DNA of 64,000 bases from Scenedesmus sp. PABB004 (lineage: Eukaryota), in the NCBI GenBank assembly GCA_014905635.1, contig JABVCE010000009.1, forward strand, positions 868,001 through 932,000. Direction: 5' to 3'. Numbering within the stretch: position 1 is the stretch's first letter; each line of letters starts with the position of its first letter. Below the pieces are notes generated by a model that was not told the origin of the DNA, did no database searches, and saw nothing but the letters and a program-made list of their open reading frames with translations. This document shows, piece after piece, positions 24,433 through 34,082 of the stretch. The position numbers and the translations under genes were made by a program.

Positions 24433-25823
24433 ATGAAGCCGCAGGCGCCGCCCGCGGGCGGCGCGGCGGGGGCGCCGCGCGACGGCGCGGCGCGCGCCGC
24501 CGAGCTCGCCAAGGCGCAGCAGGGCGTGGGCGCGATCGCGAGCATCATCCTCTCCTGCGTGCACGCGCTCAGCTTCCTGCCGCTCTTCGTCGTCGTTGTC
24601 CTGCAAGACGTGCACCTGCGCCTCGCGATCGTGCTCAGCGCCACGCTCTGCGCCTGCCTCGCCGTCGCCAACGCCGTCTTCAGGCACATGGGCGTGGTCA
24701 AGGTGCGCGACGCGCCGCGCCGCGCACGCGGGGGGCGCCGTTGCCGCCGCCGCTGCAGCTGCCCCCGCCGCGCACGCGCCGCGCGCCGCGCGCGCGCGGC
24801 CCGCCGCCGCCGACGCCCGCGCGCCGCGTCCCTCCCCGCCTGCCGTACCCTCCCACCCCCGCGCGCCTGGGCGTCCAGGTCTTCCCCAAGTCCCTCGACT
24901 GCTTCCTCCTCGCCCTCTATGCCGCCCTTATCCCCGTGGCCTACCTGCACCCCGCCTGGCTGCGCGGCTGGCTCAACCCGGTGCACCACGGCGCCGTGGC
25001 AGGCTTCATGTGGGTGAGTTGCCTCACTGCCCGCCGCGCGCGCCGCGGCCCGCGAGGCGCGCGCCGGCGCCGCCGCGGCCGGCCCACCCGCCGCGGCACG
25101 CCCGCCCGCCGCCGCTGACCCGCCCGCCGCGCCCGCGCCGCGCAGCTGTCGGTGCTGGTGCCGTGCGTGGACAGCTTTGGCATGCAGATGCTGCGCGACC
25201 GCCTCCCGGCGCAGCTCTGCCACGGCGCGGCGGGGCAGCGCACCGCGCTGCACGTCTCGCAGGCGTGGGCGGCCGCCGTCACCGCGACGCTGATCTTGTC
25301 GCTGGTGCGCGCGCCGCGCCGCCGCGCAGCGCGGCCGCCGCGCACCGCGCAGCGCGCGCTGGCGCGCGCGCGCACACCGAGCCGTTGCCTCGCATCACTC
25401 ACGCGCCGCCGCACGCCGCGCCGCGCGCCCGCGCAGGTCCCCGTGCTCGCCGGGCGCGCCGCGCTGCGCGACCCGGTGCACATCGTGTGTGACTACGTGG
25501 TCAGCCTGCTGCTGCTGCTCGGGGCGGCCGCGCTGCAGCGGCTGCTCGTGTCGCGCGGCGTCGCGGCCGCGCAGTCGCTCGGCTCGGCGCCCGCCGACCC
25601 TGAGCTCGGCGGCGGCGGCGGCGGCGGCAGCCTCGCGGTGCTGCCGCCGGTGCCGGTGCTGGCGCGCACGTTCAGCGGCAGCAGCGGCAGTGGCAGCGCG
25701 CAGCACAGCTGGTGCAGCGGCGGCGCGCGCGACGACGCGCCGGCGCGCGACAACGCCGGCGGCGCGCTGGGCCGGCTCGCGCGGCTGCTGAGGCACGCCG
25801 ACCCGAGCGCCCCCGCGCGCTGA
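24433..25823 (+). CDS. Multi-pass membrane protein of unknown function (4 exons)
   Basis: In-phase GT-AG exons encode 5-6 hydrophobic helices (LSFLPLFVVVVL, LAIVLSATLCACL, FPKSLD.., DSFGMQMLRDRLP..VSQAW). Confidence 0.75.
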
Positions 25824-26689
25824 GCGCGGCGCGCTGAACGCTGAGCGCGGCGGGCGGCCGGCCGCGGCCGCCACCGTTTGAGAACACGCTGCCTCCGCGG
25901 CGGGTCGACGACACGACAACTCAACCCAGGTCTGCTGTGGTGCCCACCCCAACCCTGCGTCGCGCCTTGTGCGTGACACGCGGCAAATCAACCCACCAGG
26001 GCGCGCCGGCGGCGCGCACTTGTTTGTGGATCGGCTCAAAACACAACGCCGGGCCGTCCCCGCCGGCGCCCCTGCGCGCGGCGGCGGGGCGGCCCCCCCG
26101 CTTTCTCGCAACCCACCGCGGCGGCACTGGCGTGGTGTGGCACAGCTCGGGCGCCGCAGCGCCCCGCCCACCCTGCAACAGCAACCCCACGGGAGGCACG
26201 GCATGGTCGGGGGAAGGGATGACTTCGACTGCACGCGGCGGCGAGGGCAGGCGGGCGACCGCGCGCGCGGCCGCGCCCGCCGCCCTCGGTGAGGCTGCTG
26301 CTGCATCAGCACTTGCGAGCCTGCGAGGCTCCCATTCAGCGCTCTCAGTTGGGAAACGGGACACACGCGGCGGCGGCCAGGGCCCGGCGACGGCGCCCTG
26401 CGCTGCGCGCGCGGCGCTCGGGACTGGCCTGCGGGGGGAGCACCTCGGGCCGCCTGCTGAGGCGGCGCTCGTTCACACAACACAACCGGAGGCAGCCTCG
26501 GCTGCCGCGTCGCGTCGTGCCTGCTGGCGTTGTGGGCGGCGCTGGATCTGTTTGGCCCGCGACTCTCGCGAGGGCGTGCGCCATAACTCAACGACGGCGA
26601 CAGAGACACCCACTGACAGCGGCGGCGCGCGGATGATGGTGGCGCACCCTCCAGCAAGCTGAGGAGCTGGTTCCCAGCTGGCGGCGTGC

Positions 26690-26691
<2 letters not shown>

Positions 26692-26757
<66 letters not shown>
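26692..26757. repeat. (GT)n microsatellite
   Basis: About 33 GT units. Confidence 0.97.
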
Positions 26758-26758
<1 letters not shown>

Positions 26759-27253
26759 GCGCGAATCTTTCAACCTGCGACGACCTGTAACTGCAGATCA
26801 GGCGAGATCGGATCGCAGGCGGGCGGTGTGTGGAGATCGCGAGCGGACCGGTCACACCGCCACGTTCCAGCGCGCAGTCTCCCTCGCGCGCACCACCGCG
26901 CGCGCCGCCGCACACTCCTGCGGCCCCGCGCAAACAATGAAAGAGCAGGGCGACACGCGCCCATTATGAAATCGCAGCGCGCTCGGCCGCCGCCAACCAA
27001 TAGGGGCGCGCCCTGCGCGCGCCCGTGTTTATTGTCTTTGCGCCCCGCGAGCGGTCCCGGCCCTCCTGAATCAAACGCCGCCAGCTACAGCATAATGGAA
27101 AATGAATCTGGCTGAATGGGAAATGAGAAACGCCGCGACTGCGCGGAAAACATTGGTGCCGCGGGAGTGGAGCGCGCGCCGGGACTGCCTCGGCGCTCGC
27201 ACGCTCATGCGCCGCGGCGGGCACGGCTCTCACGTGCATGCGTCGTGGCGGGG

Positions 27254-29353
27254 TCAGGGGCGGCTGGGGCGGCCCAGGATGTCCTTGAAGAAGCCGTTCC
27301 ACATCTGGGGCTGCGGCGCGGGGCCGGCGCCGGGCGCCACGTCGTAGCCAAAGCCGATGAAGGGCTTGCCGTTGGTCGGGGCCGGCGCGGCGTCCTTGAA
27401 GAAGCCAGACCACATGCCCGGGGCGAGCTGGGCCTGGGCGAGCTTGCGGCCGCCGATGTAAGGGTTCATGCCTGCGGGGCGCGGCGGCCGGGAGGAGGCG
27501 CGGGCAGGCGCGTGAGGCCTAGCCGGGCCCGCCCGCGGCCGGCGGCGCCGCCGAGTGGAGCTCAGCGCACGCGGCGCGCCGCGCGGCAGCCGCGCCGCAC
27601 CGGCGCCAAAGTTGTCGGGGCTGCCCATCTGCGCGGCGAGCATGGACGACTGCGCATTGCCGGCGCGGAAGCGGTTGGGATAGCCTGCGGCGGGCGGAGG
27701 TGGCAGTGCGCGCGGGTGAGCCAGGGTGAGAGGGCGGCCGGACGCTGGCAGGCTCATGTCGTGCTGCTGCCGCGACAGGCGCCGTGCGAGGGTCAGCGCA
27801 GCCAGCGCTGTGTGCAGACGCCTGGCGACGCGGTGTGCAGCTGGCTGCTCCCGTTGCAGCGCGGTCGCTCACCCTGGTACCAGTTGTTGGCCGCGGCGTT
27901 GAAGCTGGGCATGTCGGTGCCGACCCAGGACTGCTGGCTCAGCAGCTTGCGGCCGCCGATGTAAGGGTTCATGCCTGCGGGGCGCGGCGGCCGGGAGGAG
28001 GCGCGGGCAGGCGCGTGAGGCCTAGCCGGGCCCGCCCGCGGCCGGCGGCGCCGCCGAGTGGAGCTCAGCGCACACGGCGCGCCAGGCGGCAGCCGCGCCG
28101 CACCGGCGCCAAAGTTGTCGGGGCTGCCCATCTGCGCGGCGAGCATGGACGACTGCGCGTTGCCGGCGCGGAAGCGGTTGGGATAGCCTGCGAGCGGGGC
28201 GGCGGAGCGCGCGGGTGAGCCAGGATGGGAGGGCGGCCGGACGCTGGCCTTCCGGCGATCGTTGTCCCGGTGCCGGCCAGGGCCCAGGCTCAGCAGCCAG
28301 CGATGTGTACACGCCGCGGTGCGCATCCGCCTGACGGCGCAGCCGCCCGCCGCAGCGCTCACCCTGGTACCAGTTGTTGGCCGCGGCGTTGAAGCTGGGC
28401 ATGTCGGTGCCGACCCAGGACTGTTGGCTCAGCAGCTTGCGGCCGCCAATGTAAGGGTTCATGCCTGTGGGGCGCGACGGCCGGGAGGAGGCGTGGGCAG
28501 GCGCGTGAGGCCTAGCCGGGCCCGCCCGCGGCCGGCGGCGCCGCCGAGTGGAGCTCAGCGCACGCGGCGCGCCGCGCGGCAGCCGCGCCGCACCGGCGCC
28601 AAAGTTGTCGGGGCTGCCCATCTGCGCGGCGAGCATGGACGACTGCGCGTTGCCGGCGCGGAAGCGGTTGGGATAGCCTGCGAGCGGGGCGGCGGTGGCG
28701 GAGCGCGAGGGTGAGCCGGGCCGCCGGAGGGCCCTGGCACTTTGTCTCGCCGCCGGCCAGGGCCCAGCGCAGCGAGCAGCCAGCGCTGTGTGCAGCAGAA
28801 CCTGGCGACGCGGTGTGCAGCTGGCTGTGCCCGGTGCAGCGCGGTCGCTCACCCTGGTACCAGTTGTTGGCCGCGGCGTTGAAGCTGGGCATGTCGGTGC
28901 CGACCCAGGACTGCTGGCCCAGCAGCTTGCGGCCCAGCGCGCCCAGCAGCCGCCGCGCGGCACCGGCCTGCTGCTGCGTGGCAAGCGTGACCGAGTTGAG
29001 CAGCGGCACAGCCTGCGCGACAGGGGGACGGCGGCGCGGTGAGGCGGCGGGCGCACCCCCCGGCGCGCCCAACGGCAGACCCGGCGCCTGCACGCGCCTT
29101 GGCAGCAGCGGCGTCAGCCGGAGAGTCGCTCGGCAGGCCCAGGTCCTCGGCCAGGCGGCCCAGCAGGAGCGGAGCGGTGGCCTGGAGGGCGGCAGCACGG
29201 GGAGCGTCAGCGGCCGTATCGCGGCGGCGGTGAGCCTGCGGCGGCCGCACGCGCTCAGCAGCTCTGCGATAGCATTTGTGAGCTCTTTTCGCGCACCTGA
29301 GCGGCCAGCGGCGCAGCCACGAGCAGGAGCGCGAGGGCCCACGCGCGCGCCAT
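27254..29353 (-). CDS. Secreted tandem-repeat peptide precursor, about 324 aa (exons 29353-29297, 29181-29098, 29012-28853, 28677-28594, 28464-28363, 28187-28104, 27974-27873, 27684-27601, 27471-27254)
   Basis: Signal peptide MARAWALALLLVAAPLAAQ. All junctions are in phase (one GC donor). Three 58-aa peptides are delimited by G-RKL(L). Confidence 0.88.
27445..28935. repeat. Three tandem ~490-503-bp units (2 exons + 2 introns each) inside the peptide-precursor gene
   Basis: The marker accctggtac occurs at 27871, 28361 and 28851. Confidence 0.95.
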
Positions 29354-30072
29354 CTCTTCAAAAGCGCGCGAGAGGTCAAAGGCGCGGGTGGGCTGCGGGC
29401 CTGACGCGCGGTGGTGCGGTCGATGAGCCTGGGAGTTGTGGAGAGGCCTCGGCGCAGCGGGGAAGAAGAGCGACCGCGGGGCGCGCGGCCTGCCCCGCGC
29501 TTACCGCGGCCGCGTCCCACGGCAGCCCCCGGTCCTGTGACCAACACGAAGCTGCCCAACGCGCAGCCACAGAGCTCGACACAGACACGAAGCGGGCGCG
29601 CCGGCGGGCGGGGTGCCGGGAGCGGCGCGATCGCGGGCGTTGGTTGCCGGCGCTGCTGCTGTCCAGCCCCTGCTGCTACCCCCGCGACAAAAAAGACCGA
29701 CAGGCCTGCACCTCACTCCCCACGCACGTAGCTCACGCGCCCGCACGCTCCACGTGCGGCGGCGCCGTGCGCGGCCGCGCCGCGCGGCCGCGCGATCAAC
29801 ACGCCCCCCCAGGTGCGCACGTACGGATGTGCAGAGGCGCAGCTCTCCTCTGCAGGAGGCAGCACTCAGTGGCGCCTCGAGCAGGCGCTCAAGCAGTGCT
29901 CGGGGCCGCCCCGTGTGGAAAACAAATCTGATTCAGATACGCGCGACACATCCCTTGCCTCACGCTCAGTGTCGCGCAGCTGGGCATGGGCCCACCCTCG
30001 GCAGTGCTGCTTGCTCAGACCATTACGAACCTTGACCGTGTGCTGGCGGCCTGTCGCGCCTGCCGCGGCCTG

Positions 30073-31131
30073 TCACGCGGCCGACTGCGCCGGCGTCAAC
30101 GCGCCGTCCAGCCCCTCCTGCGCGGGCGTCGCCGCCATCAGCACCGCCTGCAGCACTGCGGGCGGCGGCGGCGCCAGCAGCGGCGGGGGCGGCAAGTCAG
30201 GGGCGGTCGGGGCGCCAGCAGCGGAGGGGGCGGCGGCGCCGCGTCGTGCGCCCCGCGCCGCGCGCGCGCTGTCGCGCCCCGCCGCGGGGCCCCGCGCCCC
30301 GCAGGACTCCTCACGCGGCGCGGAGCGCGGGATGTAGGGGAAACAGGAGACGATGAGCGCCTGGCGCTGCTGGGGCGTCAGCACGTTGAGCGTGAAGCTG
30401 GTGAGCATGGTGGAGCTCACGCGCATGCCCGAGAGCAGCCCGCGCAGCTTCGACACCGCCGCCTCGTCGCGGGTGCCGCCCGCGCCGCCCCCGGCCGCGG
30501 GCGCGGCCGGCGCGGCGCCGCTGCCCTCGGCCGTCTCCGCCGCGGGCGCGGGCGCGTCGCCGGCGGCGGCGCAGCCGAGCGCCAGCTCCTTGGCGCGCGT
30601 CGCGGCGGCCAGCTCGCTCGCCGCCGCGCGGTGCTCGCCGCGCCGCCCCGCCGCGTGTCGGCTGAACTGCTGGAAGGCCACCAGCAGCTGCTGTGCCTGC
30701 CCGGGCGAGAGCGCGAGCGCGGCCGCGACGCGCCGCCAGTGCGCGGCCGGCACAGGGCTCGGCGCGGGCTGCCCCGTGGCCACGTCGGTGAGCGTCGCGG
30801 CGCGCAGCGGCAGGTCGGCGGCCAGCACCTGGGCGAGCAAGGTCAGGCCGAAGAAGTCGTCCACCGCCGCGTCCGCGGCGGACGCGGCCGCCGCGTCCGC
30901 CGGCAGGCGGGCGAGCAGGGCGAGCCTCGACGCGAGCGCCGCGTACGCGGCGCACCAGTCGCCTGGGCCCATGCGCAGCAGGCGCTGGACCTGCTCCGCC
31001 GTTGCGTGCGCAAGCAGGCCCGCGACGTAGCCGCCGCCGCCGTCGAAGCTGAGCGGCTCGGCGCCGCCACTCGCGCACAGCAGCGCGCCGGGATGCGGCA
31101 GGCGCAGTGCCTGCTGCGCCTCCTGCTGCTG

Positions 31132-31168
<37 letters not shown>

Positions 31169-31568
31169 TGCTGCTGCTGCTGCGGCTGCTGCGCCTGCTG
31201 CTGATCCTGCTGCTGCTCCATCGCGGGCTCGCCATCGTCGTCGGCGGCGCCGGGCAGTGCCTGCATCAGCAGCAGCACAAACGCCTGCTGCAGGCACAGG
31301 TCCGTCAGGACCTGCTCGCGGCTCTGGAGCCCCGCGTTGGCGTCGGCCAGCGCTTCCGCGCGCGCCGCCAGGGGGCTGGCCCCGCCGACTGGAGCAGCGC
31401 CATGCGGCGGGCGCGGTAGTAGTTGGTCGTTGTCGACTTGCGCAGCCCCCCGCGCCGCCTGCAAGCAGCGCGGGCGGCGGCGGCGCGTGGGCAGCGGCGC
31501 GTCAGGCTGGGTGCGCCGTGCAGCCGCCCCCCCCCCGCCCACACGCACGAGCGCAGCTTGACCTCCAT
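30073..31568 (-). CDS. Putative bZIP-like transcription factor with polyQ; apparent frameshift near 31375-31390
   Basis: MEVKLRS/RRGGLRKSTTTNYYRARRMALLQS (basic region) is followed in another frame by LAARAEALADANAGLQSREQVL (zipper-like), a Q tract and a helical domain (WRRVAAALALSPGQ..VLTPQQRQ). Confidence 0.55.
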
Positions 31569-31916
31569 GGCCGTTGCCCCGCGCCGAGGCGGGAGCTGAG
31601 CTGCGCCAGTGCGGCAGCGCGGCAGGACAGCAGGGCGGCGGCGCGCAGGGCCGCAAGCGCCTATTGCGCCCACGCCCGGACGCGGCTCGGGCCGGACGGG
31701 TGCAATGCGGTCCGGCGCCAACTGAGCGCGAAGCGGGGGCGCAACGGGCGTGCCGGGCAGACCGCAAGGGCGCTCCAGCAGTTTCGCGGCTCTGCAGCGC
31801 AGCAGAGCCCCCATCGCTGCATCGCAGGTGTCCCCCGAGTCGATCGTGTCGGTGGGAGGCGCACGACGTTGCCGCTCCAGCCACCCGTGCGTGCGTCAGC
31901 GCAGGCGGCTTCGCTG

Positions 31917-33744
31917 ATGTTGGCCGCGGCGCAGCAGGCCTGCTGCCCGCGCCGCCGGGCTGTCCCGGCAGCCGCGCGGCATCCCAGGTGCGGCAGGCGG
32001 TTGCTGGAGGGGCCCAGGGCTTGCATGCATGGTCGCCGACGGCGGCGCGCGCGCTGCACCAGCGGCAGCGGCTCACGGCCGCCGCCGCCGCGCGCCGCCC
32101 GCCGGCGCAGCTGCTCCTACGCCCCCCGGCAGCCGCGCTCCTCGCGCCTGCTGGCGGCGGCGCGCCGGCGGCGCGGCGCGGTCGCGGTGCGGGCAGCGGC
32201 GCCGACGCTGTACGAGGCGCTCGGCGTCGCGGCGGACGCGAGCGAGCGCGACATCAAGAAGGCGTACCGCCAGAAGGCGCTGAAGCTCCACCCCGACGTC
32301 AACAAGGCGGTGCGCCCCGCGCGCGCAGCGCGCGCGCGCGCGCGCGCCCGCAGCTCGAGGCGCGGCGGCGCGGCACGCGCCTGCGGGCCGGGCCCGTCAC
32401 ACGCTCAGCGCCGCGCCGCCGCCGCCGCTGCAGCCCAACGCGGAGGCGCAGTTCCTGGAGGTCAAGAACGCCTTCACGGTGCTCAGCGACCCGCAGCAGC
32501 GCGCCGCGTACGACCGCAAGCTCAAGGGGGTGAGACGAGATCGCGGCGCCAGGCGGGCGGCGGCGCTGCCCCGCCCTCGTGCAGCATTGCGGCGGCGACG
32601 CGCCCGCCACCGCACGCCCGGCGCCCCACTGCGCCCCACCGCGCGCCGCCCCACCGTGCGTGCGCAGGGCTTTGACTTTGGTGGATACGGCGGCTGGGGC
32701 GGCGCCGCGAGCAGCAGCAGCAGCAGCGGCGGCGGCGGCGGCGGCGCGCGGCCGCGGCCGAAGCAGCCCGAGGAAGAGTTTTACGGCCTGGTGAGTGCGG
32801 CAGGGCGCCCCCGGGGTGGCGGCGGGGCGGCGCGGCGGGCGCGTGGTGCAGGGGCGGGGGCGCGCGGCGGCGCGCCCTTTAGAGAGTAGGGGGAGCAGGA
32901 GCGAGGCGAGGTGGGCGCGGGCCGGGGGCGCGCTGATCGGTCCCTCTCTCCCGTGCGCGCGTGTGCAGGCCGACCTGCTGTCAGACCTGGGCGGCAGCGT
33001 GGGCGCGTGGGTGCGGCAGCAGCAGGGCGAGCTCGGCAGGCTGCAGCAGGGGCTGGGCAGCGTGGCGGCGCAGGCCGGCGACGCGCTCAAAGCTGGCAAG
33101 CTCGTGAGTGTGTGCGTTCGCCGTGCACGGGGCCCGCCGACGCAGCGGAGGCCGCCGCCGCGCCGGATGCGGCGGGGCGGCCCGCCGCTCCGCCACCCCT
33201 TCGCCCCGCCGGTGCCGCCCCCGCCTCCACCGCCCTCCCGCCGCACCCTGCGCCGCGCCCGCGCCCTGACCCCGCCCGTGCCCGCTCGCCGCCGCAGGAA
33301 GACTTTTTCAACGACCTTGAAAAGGAGGTTGGCGCGTGGAGCAAGGCCCGCGCGGCGGACGGCAAGCCCGCGAGCCTCTGGGAGGAGCTCGCCGCGATCG
33401 GGGAGGAGTTTGTGGACTTCCTGGAGCAGGGCCTCGGCGAGCCCCAGGGCGGCGCCGGCGACGCGGGCGGCGGCGGCGCGGGCAAGGCCGGCAGCGCGGC
33501 GCGTGGCGCGAGCAGCTTCAACGCCGGCGGCCGGCGCTCGCCGGTGGACGCGTACGAGGAGCTGAAGCGCGCGTACGACCTCGGCGGCGCCGCGGCGGGT
33601 GGCGCGCGCGGCGCCGCGGCGGGCGGCGCGGGCAGCGCGCCGCCGCCTCCGCGGCCGCCGCCGCCGCCGCCGCCCAAGAAGAGTGCGGAGGACGAGATCG
33701 AGGACGAGCTCGCGGCGCTCAAGCGCAAGATGAACCGGGCCTGA
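31917..33744 (+). CDS. Chloroplast J-domain protein, CDJ2/DJC73-like
   Basis: Transit peptide. TLYEALGV..IKKAYRQKALKLHPDVNK (HPD motif), EEEFYGL, SLWEELAAIGEEFVDFLE, IEDELAALKRKM. Confidence 0.85.
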
Positions 33745-34082
33745 CGCCCCGGCAGCGTCTCGCGCGGGGACCGCGCGAGCACGCTGGCCGCTGAGACGCG
33801 GTGCGGGCTCAGCAGTCCTCGTAAGCCCTCACTCGGCAATGCGCCACACCCGCTCGCGCACTGGCCAGCTCGCCCGCTCCAAGCAACACAGCAAGCAGCG
33901 GCAGAGCGCACGGCCGCTCGGCGCGGCGCGGCTGGCGGCGCACGCGCGGCCACGCCCGCTCCTGCGCCCGTGGTCGGGGCGATCGTGCACGATGAGGAGG
34001 GCTGGAGCGTGTCGCGCGACGGCCTGAGGGCTGCCCGTGCAGCGGCGGTTGCAGCAGCGGAGAGCGCCGCCGCCGTGCCGCG

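Noticed and set aside
26588..27115. HTHTHT / CVCVCV ORFs suggesting metal-binding proteins
   Set aside because: They are translations of a (GT)n microsatellite.
27445..28935. Repeat-spacer pattern resembling a CRISPR array
   Set aside because: The repeats are coding exons and the spacers are GT-AG introns. The DNA is eukaryotic and there are no cas genes.
24433..31568. Receptor + peptide + transcription factor signalling cluster
   Set aside because: Adjacency is the only support. The membrane protein has no recognisable receptor features.
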